DNA of 64,000 bases from IMG/VR virus record IMGVR_UViG_3300046690_000339, positions 15,900 to 79,899 of that record; one strand, written 5' to 3'. Of the stretch, positions 1 to 9,438 are shown in pieces; the first letter of the stretch is position 1; every line of letters starts with the position of its first letter. The position numbers and the translations under genes are program-made. The notes under the pieces were generated by a model. It was given only the letters and a program-made list of their open reading frames with translations, was not told where the DNA came from and searched no databases. Source of the DNA: a virus.

Positions 1-787
1 CTCCGTTTGGAGCAATACCGGATAGGGTCAACGCCCCGACTGTTGGCCTGATTAGCGTTGACTGTACCGCCGAAGGAGCGACCCCGGTCAGCGTCAGAGT
101 ACCGACTGTCGGCGTGATGACGGTGCTTTGGACAACCGCGGGCGCGTTTCCGGAAAGGGTCAACGTGCCGACCGTAGGAGTAATCGCATCGGCGCGCGCA
201 AGGCTAGGTGCGTTGCCGCTTATTGTCAGGGCGCCGACTGTCGGCGTGATCAGTCTGCTTTGAACCGGGCTCGGGGCGACGCCCGAAAGTGTGAGCGATC
301 CGACGCTGGGAGTGAGACGGAAATCCGTGAGAAGGGTTGGAGCGTTACCGGTGAGCGTCAGCGTCGCAGCAGGAGGACCACGGATCAGGGTTTGAGTCGG
401 CGCCGCTGCGATCGGGACGAATGTCATCGCCCCGACTGTTGGAGTGATCAGAATCGATTGCACCGCCGATGGTGCGACACCGGCAATCGTCAAAGTTCCA
501 ACCGCCGGCGTAATGAATATATTTTGCCGCGTGCTAGGCGCGACACCGGCAAGAGTCAAAGCGCCGATTGTTGGCGTCAGTACCGTACTTTGAACCGGAC
601 TCGGCGCAACGCCGCTTGCGGTCAATGTACCGACCGCTGGCGTGATGAAAATATCCTGGCGGACGGTCGGCGCAACACCGCTTGCGGTCAGAGTGCCGAC
701 TGCTGGTGTAATTGTCGGCGACTCGCTGACAACCTCGGCAACTCGAACGAAGCTAAAATATTTGCTCGTTCTCTGGATAAAACTCAT
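1..787 (-). CDS. Thr/Ser/Val-rich 22-aa tandem repeat protein (putative fibre/virion protein), runs off the left edge
   Basis: Not in ORF track. Manual translation from ATG at 787 (ATGA overlap with upstream stop) gives MSFIQRTSKYFSF... then 11 repeats of ITPxVG(T/A)LTLxG(V/N)APSxxQSxx, with no stop before position 1. Confidence 0.85.
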   Translation of the reverse strand, partial: MSFIQRTSKYFSFVRVAEVVSESPTITPAVGTLTASGVAPTVRQDIFITPAVGTLTASGVAPSPVQSTVLTPTIGALTLAGVAPSTRQNIFITPAVGTLTIAGVAPSAVQSILITPTVGAMTFVPIAAAPTQTLIRGPPAATLTLTGNAPTLLTDFRLTPSVGSLTLSGVAPSPVQSRLITPTVGALTISGNAPSLARADAITPTVGTLTLSGNAPAVVQSTVITPTVGTLTLTGVAPSAVQSTLIRPTVGALTLSGIAPNG

Positions 788-1524
788 CTGATCTTTTCCG
801 ACATCGACATGCCGTCGCCGACTTTGATGAACATGTAATTATTGAAGGCAACTGGCTTCGGATCTTTTTGGAAACTCGCAAGAATCCCCGTCGCAACCAA
901 GCTGCCGACGCCCGGCGTTAAAACTGTACTTATTTGCAATGCAGGGAGAAGAATCCCCGCAGCCGTTAAAGCGCCGACAAGCGGAGTTCTGGTCGCAGAC
1001 TCGGCGACAATTATCGATGGGACTTGGGCATAGGTGCCGGTGAAATCAGTGCCATTATTAGTGACTCGCAGGCCAATGAGATCGCCGTGAGAAACGTCGG
1101 CACCACGGATCTGAATGGAATATTCAACTTCAAAATTACCGCTCGCTGCTATGTCGAGTGATGCACCGCCCGCTGCGCCATCTGCTTCGTCAAAGCCGGT
1201 CAGCCCCTGGAAGGTTCCGGTCCCGCCGCTTAATTGCTGCGTTAGATCGGCGGCGTCGGCAAGATTGGGCGAAGCGGTTGCCCTGACTACGGTACTTGCG
1301 CCGGTGACGTTAGTAGATGCGCCACCGTTGAGAGTAAATTCAAGCTGAGCGACGAGATTATTGAGCGCCGTCGTCCCGGCGTTCTGCATGAGAAACCGGA
1401 CGCGAAAGTTGGTGTCGACCTGCTGCGTCCAGTTGACATTTTGCGCGGCTTTGAACGTCGCGGTCGTTTCATTGCCGTCATCGTTGCGACCGCGAAATCC
1501 GGCTTGCCCGATTGTGACTGCCAT
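784..1524 (-). CDS. Putative virion/tail-associated beta-rich protein with two C-terminal copies of the 22-aa repeat
   Basis: G/T/A-rich ORF; ends with TPLVGALTAAG and LTPGVGSLVATG; coupled to neighbours. Confidence 0.7.
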   Translation of the reverse strand: MAVTIGQAGFRGRNDDGNETTATFKAAQNVNWTQQVDTNFRVRFLMQNAGTTALNNLVAQLEFTLNGGASTNVTGASTVVRATASPNLADAADLTQQLSGGTGTFQGLTGFDEADGAAGGASLDIAASGNFEVEYSIQIRGADVSHGDLIGLRVTNNGTDFTGTYAQVPSIIVAESATRTPLVGALTAAGILLPALQISTVLTPGVGSLVATGILASFQKDPKPVAFNNYMFIKVGDGMSMSEKIR

Positions 1525-1540
1525 AGACTCACGGCAAACT

Positions 1541-2104
1541 TTAGTTCAGCGCTTCGAGCGTATATTGCAGCCCGAGAATAATATTGCTCGCGCTATTGCC
1601 TCCCATTTGTGCGGTTAAAGCCAGCGCGGTGTCCGCCGTCAAATCCAGCGTCGCTATTGCTGGCGTAACCTGGCCACCGTTCGTCATCGGTGCTATCGCT
1701 GGTGCGCCAGTCGCAGAACCGATCGTCGGAGCATTCGCACCGAACATGCGCGCGACGCCGTTGCCGATGACTGTGCCGGTGGCACCATTGCTGCGAACCG
1801 TCACATAGATTTCGACATCCCAAAGTGCAGCAGTCAATGAAATGACCTGCGTGATCGTTCCCGATTTACAAATGACCGTACCAGCCACGCCGCCCCAACG
1901 AAGCTCAAAGATATTCGTGACCGTACCAGAGCCTAGCGTCGAATGACTTCCGATGGCTTTCAGTCTCAACGTTCGACCATCGGCCAAATAGTTCGCCGGG
2001 ATCGTGATGTTCGGAAAAATAATCGTTTCGCTCGTGCTGGTATTGATCGACGCGCCGCTTGCCGTAGCCCAAGCGAGAAGTTCGTTCCAGTATTGTCTCG
2101 ACAT
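1541..2104 (-). CDS. Putative virion structural protein
   Basis: 187 aa beta-rich ORF with AAGGAG SD, in the late operon. Confidence 0.65.
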   Translation of the reverse strand: MSRQYWNELLAWATASGASINTSTSETIIFPNITIPANYLADGRTLRLKAIGSHSTLGSGTVTNIFELRWGGVAGTVICKSGTITQVISLTAALWDVEIYVTVRSNGATGTVIGNGVARMFGANAPTIGSATGAPAIAPMTNGGQVTPAIATLDLTADTALALTAQMGGNSASNIILGLQYTLEALN

Positions 2105-2113
2105 TTTTTCTCC

Positions 2114-2776
2114 TTATCTTGCTAGACCGGGAGCGAAGATACGCGGCCGGATTATGCGTTGAATATTTTTGCCTGAAGGCAATGGTGGATCAGCAGCCGC
2201 GCTTCCCCCAACAAAGTTATCGCCAATCTGACTGATGTTAGTCATCACGCCAGGTCGCCCAGTAGTGAGCGGTGAAACGGAATCGACATAGGACTGCCCG
2301 GTGAGCACGCTGTTCTTGAAGCCGGTCAGCGTCGGCGGGTTGCCGATGCACTCCAACTCGACTGTGTCGTTTGGCGCCCAAACGATGGCTCCCGTCACTT
2401 GCACGCTCTCCACACCGTTTTTGCAGTGCCCTAATTGAGTAGTCCTTGACGCCGACCCGGATGTGCCCGCAGTTTCCATCACGCGATAAAAATAATAATC
2501 CCTGTTACCGTCGACATCGCCTGAGGCACGGCAAATGACTCCCAGCATCACATCGAGACTGCCGGTGGCATTGATGGTAATTATCTGAGCCACAGCGTAT
2601 TGATCAGGAAAGGCATCGAAGTCGGTCCCTGACCAGCGAGCAGGATTACCACTGGTGATAGAGTGGACGGACGTAAAATGGCTACCCGTTACCGAAAAAG
2701 TCGCGCTACCTGGTACCAATCCTGTCCAGTTCCCAGCCGAATCGAAACCGTCTGTTATTATTGTGATGCGCGACAA
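2114..2776 (-). CDS. Putative lectin-like beta-sandwich virion protein
   Basis: TTG start abuts the upstream TAA; beta-rich composition; Pro-rich linker and short C-terminal tail (RPRIFAPGLAR). Confidence 0.55.
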   Translation of the reverse strand: MSRITIITDGFDSAGNWTGLVPGSATFSVTGSHFTSVHSITSGNPARWSGTDFDAFPDQYAVAQIITINATGSLDVMLGVICRASGDVDGNRDYYFYRVMETAGTSGSASRTTQLGHCKNGVESVQVTGAIVWAPNDTVELECIGNPPTLTGFKNSVLTGQSYVDSVSPLTTGRPGVMTNISQIGDNFVGGSAAADPPLPSGKNIQRIIRPRIFAPGLAR

Positions 2777-3850
2777 TTAAAACCACTTCCTTTCGTCGCT
2801 CGAACTTAGTTCTCCAGTTTTAAATCTATCAAACGCAAAAATTGAAGAGCCCGAACCGCCTACAGGTAGAGCAGGCGCGGCCGATTCATCGGCGCCAAGA
2901 TCCCAAGAGTTATCGACGGGTCTAGTTGTGCCGTCGATATCATCTGAAAAGGCGATATTAGCGTCTGCACTCAAATCAACACCGTTATTCCGAACGCCTG
3001 AGTCGTCTGTGCTGTGAATATGAAGATCGCCGTTAGTTTCATCAACATAGAGCGGATGACGGTTGACAAAGACGTTGGAACCCGGTGCCGATGCGTCGTC
3101 AGAAAGATTATTACTGCTTCCGGTCGTGGTAGCGCCTGGAAGGAGGTATGCTGCTGAATTGACGTCAGGATTCGCCCCTCTGTCACCTATGTTGTTTTTG
3201 AAAACCATCGTCGGTGTCGCGCTCAGCTCGACGGTATAGCAGGCAGCGAACGGGCCAAAAATTCGGCCCACCACGGTATTGTTGTACAGATAATGCGTGC
3301 CGCTACTGCCGGCGAACATCGTGTTCCAGTCGTCCGTCAAGGTTCCGTCAGAGCCTGACATGCAGTTCCAAATCTTAACTCCGCTGGTGCTGTTGAAGGT
3401 TCGACAAAATGCCCGGTCGTTGGTAAACGTGCTTAAATAAATTTTACTGAGTCTGATATCAGATGATCCACCGCAGTCGATATGAAAGCCGCGATCGCCA
3501 TAGAACGGACCGGCTTCCGAAACCAACGCGATACCCTCCATGCGCACATTGTCTTCGCGAATATCACCGCCATGTCCAAAGCCACTAATGACTAGCTGAT
3601 ACCCTGTACCGCGAGTTGCTGTGTGCTGTTGCCCAACCGCCACATAAGCGCGAATGTAGCGAGTCGCGTCGGTCGTCCAACCATCCCAAAGAACTCCATC
3701 ACCGACTGGCACATCCCGAAACGCATAACATTCCGCCTGTTTGATCTTGTCGGCAGTAACGAGATTCACCTGTTCCGCCGCTTCATAAGCCGTAAGCGAA
3801 GAGTAATCGCCACCGGCCGACTTCACTGTTTTCGTTTCAGTCGTTGGCAT
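2777..3850 (-). CDS. Right-handed beta-helix (pectin-lyase-like) protein
   Basis: GGDYSSL N-terminal motif, YNNTV and FKNNI repeats, C-terminal DIDGTTRP...WDLGADE motif. Confidence 0.7.
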   Translation of the reverse strand: MPTTETKTVKSAGGDYSSLTAYEAAEQVNLVTADKIKQAECYAFRDVPVGDGVLWDGWTTDATRYIRAYVAVGQQHTATRGTGYQLVISGFGHGGDIREDNVRMEGIALVSEAGPFYGDRGFHIDCGGSSDIRLSKIYLSTFTNDRAFCRTFNSTSGVKIWNCMSGSDGTLTDDWNTMFAGSSGTHYLYNNTVVGRIFGPFAACYTVELSATPTMVFKNNIGDRGANPDVNSAAYLLPGATTTGSSNNLSDDASAPGSNVFVNRHPLYVDETNGDLHIHSTDDSGVRNNGVDLSADANIAFSDDIDGTTRPVDNSWDLGADESAAPALPVGGSGSSIFAFDRFKTGELSSSDERKWF

Positions 3851-3851
3851 A

Positions 3852-4280
3852 TTACGCCGCCAAAATCAGACTGCGTCGGCCACCCATTTGTTTTTTATCG
3901 AGCATGGCGTTGATGAATTCAGACCAAACAAGATTGACGATCTCGCCGCGATAGAGCGCCAGCCGTTTCTGCGGCGAGACTAGTTCCGCGCTGAATTGCC
4001 AGCGTCGTCGCGTTAGCGTGTTCGATTTGAGCTTGTGCGCGTTGTCTCCGCGCAGCCAGATATAATCCTGCGCGTACTCTGCATAGCAGAATTGGCGCAT
4101 TTGTAATCGCTCGATGCCCGGCACGCGCACGCGCCAGAATGTAGGGATAGTTTCGAGCCTGCCCCACGTCCAGCCGTCGCGCATGACCACGACTGGATCG
4201 CCGCGCTTATAACAGCCACGGCGATCCTTTATCGGGTCGGGGTGTGACGCTGAAATCGCTTTGATGAGAAGTTCGGCCAA
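3852..4280 (-). CDS. Hypothetical phage protein
   Basis: Coupled ORF, MAELLIKA...CYKRGDPVVV...WTWG. Confidence 0.6.
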   Translation of the reverse strand: MAELLIKAISASHPDPIKDRRGCYKRGDPVVVMRDGWTWGRLETIPTFWRVRVPGIERLQMRQFCYAEYAQDYIWLRGDNAHKLKSNTLTRRRWQFSAELVSPQKRLALYRGEIVNLVWSEFINAMLDKKQMGGRRSLILAA

Positions 4281-4281
4281 T

Positions 4282-5139
4282 TTAATTTTTAAAACAGGAG
4301 CACGTCGGGCAATGCTGTTGCTCGTGAACTCGCGCTCCCGGTGGTTGTTGCTTTACCCATAACTCTAAATTCTCTGGTCTATTATCACTTCGGATTCCGT
4401 TCCTGTGATGTACTTGCTCCTGCGGCAGCAAATAGCGTCCAAGTTGTTTTTCCATGATTAGGCGATGCTCGAAGACGTAATTTTTGCCAATTGTATTTTT
4501 CCTCGATGGATGGTCCGGGCACCACGTTAAAATATATCCACGGCGATCAGGCCTACTGCCGCCCTTCCAACTTTTGCTTTTAGAGCCTTTGTATCGTCCA
4601 GGATTTAATGCGTTTACAGCCTTCAATCCACAACTCCTAGAGCAATGCAATTGCTTGCGCGAATGGAATACATTGGCAAGAAATCTTTTGCTACAGATAG
4701 CGCATTTCTTAATTGATGCGCGTGAACGTTTATGAGGTTTTGTCCCTCCAGCCAAATACCACCATTGCCCTTTGTCGTCTTGCGAGTATCGCGGGTTATC
4801 CGAATTGATGAGCTTTTCAAATTTTCCTTGTTTAGTCGTGCTTGGCTTGCTTGCGTGCATCTCAGTAGCCGCGCAAACATGAGAACAAAATTTAGTCGTC
4901 GGTTTATGCGGAAAAAATTCTCTACCGCAGCCAACGCAATTAACTGTCTCATGTTCACCGTAAACGCTCTTTCGCTTACATTGCTCAGAGCAGAATTGGA
5001 TTTTCCGCCAGTTAATAAACTTCGCGTTACAAAATTCGCAGCGAAATACTTTACCGCGAATTCGACGACCATCGCTGAATGTATGCCACCAGTCACCGTC
5101 TTCATCTTGTGCAAACTCAACTGTTTTCGATCCGCGCAT
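4282..5139 (-). CDS. Free-standing HNH homing endonuclease with CxxC...CSxxC zinc-ribbon repeats
   Basis: C-terminal EHRLIMEKQLGRYL...VHHRNGIRSDNRPENLELW (HNH_3 type). True start is likely ATG 5139 after GGAGGT, not 5304. Confidence 0.85.
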   Translation of the reverse strand: MRGSKTVEFAQDEDGDWWHTFSDGRRIRGKVFRCEFCNAKFINWRKIQFCSEQCKRKSVYGEHETVNCVGCGREFFPHKPTTKFCSHVCAATEMHASKPSTTKQGKFEKLINSDNPRYSQDDKGQWWYLAGGTKPHKRSRASIKKCAICSKRFLANVFHSRKQLHCSRSCGLKAVNALNPGRYKGSKSKSWKGGSRPDRRGYILTWCPDHPSRKNTIGKNYVFEHRLIMEKQLGRYLLPQEQVHHRNGIRSDNRPENLELWVKQQPPGARVHEQQHCPTCSCFKN

Positions 5140-5169
5140 GGGAGCACCTCCGGCTAAAAGATGCTCCCA
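5139..5169 (-). promoter_or_regulatory. SD-sequestering hairpin of the HNH gene
   Basis: TGGGAGCATCTT pairs with GAGGTGCTCCCA (includes G-U pairs); a TTGACT-17-TATTCG promoter-like sequence lies just upstream. Confidence 0.65.
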
Positions 5170-5207
5170 CGAATATCTCTTTACTAATGCTAAGTCAAAC
5201 AGTTTAC

Positions 5208-5702
5208 CTATGCAAGTGTAAACACGCCCGTTGCAGCCGGTAATATCGTCAGAGTGTTCGGGCTCGTGATGGTAAACGCCGCGGTCGATAGCGTGCAGAA
5301 ACAAAGCACCTTGCCCGCGCCCGCGCCCGACGATGTCCGAATCAGTGCATACTTGATGTTAGTCAAGCTCGCGCCGCTCGCCGTGAAGACAAGCCCGACT
5401 GTGGAGTAAGTAAATTTTAGTTGCTTAGTAGAAGCGCCGGTTGTCCACGTGCCAGTAGCGGGTAGCAGGTTGCGGCCGCCTGCAACGTATCCGCCTGTTG
5501 CGCTGATATCGCCGGGAACGGAGGCGAACGTGGAGATCCCGCCGATCGAGACTTTGAGGATGGCAGCCGATGCCGATGCGCGATGCAGCGACATTTTAAA
5601 GACGCCAACGCCGAGCGTGATGCCGCCCGAGGTCATCGCGGCGCCGCCGGTGCCGATTATTTTCTTTGCCTTGGTATAAATTTTCCATGTTCCAGCAGCC
5701 AT
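5208..5702 (-). CDS. Putative virion/tail protein
   Basis: Small-residue-rich 164 aa ORF with AAGGAG SD; ends GVFTLA. Confidence 0.65.
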   Translation of the reverse strand: MAAGTWKIYTKAKKIIGTGGAAMTSGGITLGVGVFKMSLHRASASAAILKVSIGGISTFASVPGDISATGGYVAGGRNLLPATGTWTTGASTKQLKFTYSTVGLVFTASGASLTNIKYALIRTSSGAGAGKVLCFCTLSTAAFTITSPNTLTILPAATGVFTLA

Positions 5703-5703
5703 T

Positions 5704-5746
5704 GTGAAACTCCTTTTCCGATTTGCACCGGGTTAAGGAGCTTCAT
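5704..5746 (-). promoter_or_regulatory. Hairpin occluding the SD of 5208..5702
   Basis: GAAGCTCCTT pairs with AAGGAGTTTC on the - strand. Confidence 0.6.
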
Positions 5747-5772
5747 GGCGATGCCGAACTGCTCGTTAATAT

Positions 5773-5970
5773 TCATCTGCGTCTGATTATCTGATGGATT
5801 ACGGACTCATCTTGTTTTTCGAACTCGTCGGATGGCTTAGTTCTAGTCACCCCGCCTATCTCCATCTTCGTCACGCCGTTCTGATAGCATTCCAACTCGA
5901 TAACCACCTTGCCCGTCGGCGGCGCTACGAACTTGCGGATGGTTTCGTGAACCCAATTGGGTAAGTTCAT
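5773..5970 (-). CDS. Small protein, loosely YezD/DUF2292-like
   Basis: GKVVIELECYQNGVTKMEI pattern; TAATG coupling with the upstream gene. Confidence 0.4.
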   Translation of the reverse strand: MNLPNWVHETIRKFVAPPTGKVVIELECYQNGVTKMEIGGVTRTKPSDEFEKQDESVIHQIIRRR

Positions 5971-7490
5971 TAGTCCAGCTTGATCTCTTGTATCTCAGCC
6001 TGCGCCGCCCCGACCTGCAAAATATGGCTCAACAATCCATCGCCCTTCACATCAAGCTCGATCTCATCGCCAAGATACTTGATCAGGTCTAAAAATTCAT
6101 GCGCCTGCGATATCATCCAAGTATGACAATGAAACAACCGCCCACCCGGATCGACTATCACTGGCAACACTAACTCTGCGTCGTTTTCTTTCTGCTCATA
6201 GGCGTGGTGAACATATTGCAAATCATAAGCCGGCTGGCCGGCCAGCTTGCCATTTCTGTACTGTCGAACTTCGGCTTTATATTCCGGCGACTCGTATTCT
6301 TGCAGGCACGAATCGCACCCGTATAGAATAAACTTCCTATAGCCAAGCATGCGCATTAAAGGAATCGCCCTGAGCAATACCGTCGAGCCACCGGGAATCG
6401 ACCACCAACGGAGCGGGTAGGCTTCCTGCAATATGTCCTGAATCATTTCCGCCGTGGTGTGCCAGATGAAGGTCCGCTCCTTCGGCAGATGCTCAAACAC
6501 CGAAGGGTCGCACTGCGAGGAAATGAGATATTTGCAGCCATCCACAATAGGGTCGACAAACCGCGCATTAAACGCCCGCGCATCAACGACGATCTGCGCC
6601 GAAGGGGTGATGCCGTGACGCACTGCCCAGTTATATGCTCCGTTGAGCGTGAGCAATTTCACCCCGTCGGCGCGATTCTTTTTGATTTCGTCTTCAAACG
6701 CCGCCATGGATGGGCCGCCGCCCAAAATCATGCACTCAAAATCATTGCCCTCGTGAGGCTGGCATGGCGTCCAGCCCTGCGCGCAATTGTGCCGGACATT
6801 GGCGCGTATCTGTTCCTGCTCGGTATTCAAGACGCCATGCTCGACGATCGCTTTGCCGTCTTGCCATGCGGTGACATAGAACTGGGCCGACCCATTGTCC
6901 TGTTGTGACCAATGGATAACACAGTCGCGCGCCTCAAACTGTTCCTTCCACCAGTCGAAGGGATGTACCGACAGGTGCAGGGTTTCACCGATCATGCCGC
7001 CGCAGGAATCATCAAACATAGCGATTGAAAACCAGACGTGCTGCGCGGCTTTTAGAATATTGTCAAGCACGACGCCGACCTTGTCGGGCGGGATATGTTC
7101 CATGACATCCGTGCAGAAACCAAACTCGGCTGTTACCGGAATAGTTTTTTCTAAGTCCGCTTTGATGAAATACAATTTCGGGTCTGGACCATCGACTATT
7201 TCTTTAACGGCTGGATCAAGGCAATTCCGCACAAAGTCGATCATCGTCACTTGCAAACCAGCCTGCGCGAGCTTGGCGCCGCCGCGGCCCGTACCGCAAC
7301 CGAAGTCGATCACCTTCGCCCCTTGGGCCGGCTTGGCGGTCAACATGAAGATGGTGGCAAAAAACTCGCCCGGCGCCATTGCGCGATATTCCGCCCGCTC
7401 CCACATGCGGCCATACTTCTGCGCCTCGGGATTGCCCGGCGTGACCTTCACTTCTGGCGCGTAGCCTTGCCACAGTTCGTTGGTCGTCAT
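5970..7490 (-). CDS. Class I SAM methyltransferase fused to an MptE/DUF115 (Maf-like) domain
   Basis: VIDFGCGTG and CTDVMEHIP, then ILGGGPSM, LNGAY, GGSTV and LYGCDS motifs; likely start ATG 7490 after GAGGA. Confidence 0.75.
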   Translation of the reverse strand: MTTNELWQGYAPEVKVTPGNPEAQKYGRMWERAEYRAMAPGEFFATIFMLTAKPAQGAKVIDFGCGTGRGGAKLAQAGLQVTMIDFVRNCLDPAVKEIVDGPDPKLYFIKADLEKTIPVTAEFGFCTDVMEHIPPDKVGVVLDNILKAAQHVWFSIAMFDDSCGGMIGETLHLSVHPFDWWKEQFEARDCVIHWSQQDNGSAQFYVTAWQDGKAIVEHGVLNTEQEQIRANVRHNCAQGWTPCQPHEGNDFECMILGGGPSMAAFEDEIKKNRADGVKLLTLNGAYNWAVRHGITPSAQIVVDARAFNARFVDPIVDGCKYLISSQCDPSVFEHLPKERTFIWHTTAEMIQDILQEAYPLRWWSIPGGSTVLLRAIPLMRMLGYRKFILYGCDSCLQEYESPEYKAEVRQYRNGKLAGQPAYDLQYVHHAYEQKENDAELVLPVIVDPGGRLFHCHTWMISQAHEFLDLIKYLGDEIELDVKGDGLLSHILQVGAAQAEIQEIKLD

Positions 7491-7500
7491 GTTTCCTCTG

Positions 7501-8130
7501 TCAATTCGGATCAGGCAAAGAATTCGGATTGACCGGCTGTAACTTTTCCATGTCGCTGAATCGCGGCATGAGGCCAACCATTGAACGTGAAACGGCTTTG
7601 ACGGCAGCGTTAGTTTTTGAAAGCAATACCGCGCCCTGCGGCGTAACACGATCGGTCGGTATGTGATAAATCCGCTTCGACGTAATGGCGATCAGGTACT
7701 CGCCCTCGGCGTCCAATATTAAAGCCCCGCCTTCGGCGAAGGCATTTGCGCGAGCGTCCGGTTTAATTATCCCTAAAACTTGTAAAAGAAAATTCACGCC
7801 GGCTGCCAATCCAGTAATGATACCGGAGCCTGCGCCCGCAGCACCCGCAGCAACAGCACCCGTACTCAAAGCCGCAACAGTAATCGCGCCGCTCGTGGCT
7901 AGGACTTCCGTGTTCATGGATCTCACGCCCCACTTATCCAGCACGGTGTGTGCATAGCGCATGATTCCCAAATCCGAAAGGCTGGTCTTTGCCAGCGGAT
8001 CGACGGCTCCGCCTTTGGGCTCAAGCTGGTCCATGATCGAGGGCGTCTGCATCGAAGCGCAGCCGGCCATGCTCAAGAGAATCGCCAGCGCCAAGGCGAC
8101 CGCATAGGCGATGAAGCTTGCCTGTTTCAT
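7501..8130 (-). CDS. Lipoprotein
   Basis: Signal peptide with lipobox MAGC. Confidence 0.65.
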   Translation of the reverse strand: MKQASFIAYAVALALAILLSMAGCASMQTPSIMDQLEPKGGAVDPLAKTSLSDLGIMRYAHTVLDKWGVRSMNTEVLATSGAITVAALSTGAVAAGAAGAGSGIITGLAAGVNFLLQVLGIIKPDARANAFAEGGALILDAEGEYLIAITSKRIYHIPTDRVTPQGAVLLSKTNAAVKAVSRSMVGLMPRFSDMEKLQPVNPNSLPDPN

Positions 8131-8180
8131 TTAGCCCTCACTTGGCGGCAATAATATCCTCGTAAACCTTATAAATGATT

Positions 8181-8321
8181 TCAGATTCGGTCATGCAATT
8201 TCCAAATGTAGCGCAGGATAAGACACGAGAGCAGGAGCAACAAAATAATAAGCCAGTTGTCGAGTACGACATTCAATGCGCTGACGACGAAGATTACAAA
8301 CAAGTACCATAGGTCTTTCAT
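8181..8321 (-). CDS. Small membrane protein (46 aa)
   Basis: Manual translation MKDLWYLFVIFVVSALNVVLDNWLIILLLLLSCLILRYIWKLHDRI; fills the gap between genes. Confidence 0.5.
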   Translation of the reverse strand: MKDLWYLFVIFVVSALNVVLDNWLIILLLLLSCLILRYIWKLHDRI

Positions 8322-8322
8322 G

Positions 8323-8562
8323 TCATCCGTTTGGCGGCGGTTCACCCTTGAGCTTCGCCGATGATTCCGGCGTTTGCTTTAAAGCCTGTTGGATAGTACG
8401 CGCCGCCGATACGAGGCCGCCGACTGCTGCGAGCAACCACACCGGATTGCTAGGCATCGTCACTTCTTTAGTCGCGACCATAGCCGTTGTAAGACCGGTC
8501 CCGCCTGTAATGACGGCGTCAGTTAGGGCACTGATGAGAAGAATAATCCATTCGATCTTCAT
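8323..8562 (-). CDS. Holin-like membrane protein
   Basis: Two hydrophobic segments and a charged C-terminus, in a cluster of membrane genes. Confidence 0.5.
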   Translation of the reverse strand: MKIEWIILLISALTDAVITGGTGLTTAMVATKEVTMPSNPVWLLAAVGGLVSAARTIQQALKQTPESSAKLKGEPPPNG

Positions 8563-8565
8563 GGA

Positions 8566-8766
8566 TTAGACCTTCCACCAATTATCGAATCGGCCCTGCA
8601 ATGCGCCGATGATTGCCAACAGACCGAGAATCACGAACACGACTTTCAAAATATCAATAGGCACGCTTAGGCCGAGCATCGCTAAAACCCAGATGACTAC
8701 GTAATAGGCCAGCACCACGAACGCGAGAGCCAACAGCACTTGGAGCACCCGAATAAATAAACTCAT
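8566..8766 (-). CDS. Two-TM small membrane protein
   Basis: Two long hydrophobic helices. Confidence 0.65.
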   Translation of the reverse strand: MSLFIRVLQVLLALAFVVLAYYVVIWVLAMLGLSVPIDILKVVFVILGLLAIIGALQGRFDNWWKV

Positions 8767-9095
8767 GAGTTCTCCTTGTTATCTTTGTCTCTTTCCTCTT
8801 CCGCTATTTCCGCTCTAGCCAATCCCCTGCCTTCCACTAAAGCAAGTTTGCGGGTAGTATCGACTAAGGCGTCTTTGATAGAATTTGTGTTTTTTTCCAA
8901 ATCGCGAAAACTGTCGGCTAAATCATTAAACTTAAAAGCTACAACGACTGTCGTAAGCGTCATCAAAACCATTGCGCCAAGGATTATCATTGAGACAATA
9001 AAGGCTTGGTAAGCTGATTGAGCCGCGCTATTCGCCGCTACGGCTGCACTAATAATCGCTTCAGGATTAGCTAGAGATTGAACTAAAATATTCAT
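8763..9095 (-). CDS. Membrane protein with coiled-coil C-terminus
   Basis: TM segment followed by LEKNTNSIKDALV. Confidence 0.6.
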   Translation of the reverse strand: MNILVQSLANPEAIISAAVAANSAAQSAYQAFIVSMIILGAMVLMTLTTVVVAFKFNDLADSFRDLEKNTNSIKDALVDTTRKLALVEGRGLARAEIAEEERDKDNKENS

Positions 9096-9394
9096 CTTAC
9101 CGGCCTCGCATTCTCATAGAGAAATTTCGGCACGCAGCTATAAAGATCGACGGGCATCTTGCTCCAATCCAACGGCTCGCCTTTAGGCAGCGTATAGATA
9201 AACAAGTTGAGCTTTATCATACACACGATCTGATCGTGTTCGTCGCTGCGCTTTGAATGCTCCCAAAACGTCAATCCTGCCTCGGCTAATATAGTGATAA
9301 ACAAAAACGTAATAAGCGCGTCTCTGCCAATGAGCTTGAAACCGAATAGACCGGTTTTAAATTCTGCGCTATTTTGTGCGTCTCCATTCGCCAT
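9092..9394 (-). CDS. Single-TM protein, paralogue of 9439..9756
   Basis: Shared WEHxxRxxEH, CxxKLNLF, TLPKG and SCxPK motifs. Confidence 0.65.
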   Translation of the reverse strand: MANGDAQNSAEFKTGLFGFKLIGRDALITFLFITILAEAGLTFWEHSKRSDEHDQIVCMIKLNLFIYTLPKGEPLDWSKMPVDLYSCVPKFLYENARPVR

Positions 9395-9438
9395 TTATCC
9401 TACTAAAAAAAGCCACCACTATTTAAAGCTGACGTTTT

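Noticed and set aside
1-720. 66-nt periodic repeats as a CRISPR array
   Set aside because: They are degenerate coding repeats with no constant repeat/spacer structure, and no cas genes are present.
128-838. 236-aa + strand ORF
   Set aside because: Antisense shadow of the - strand repeat gene.
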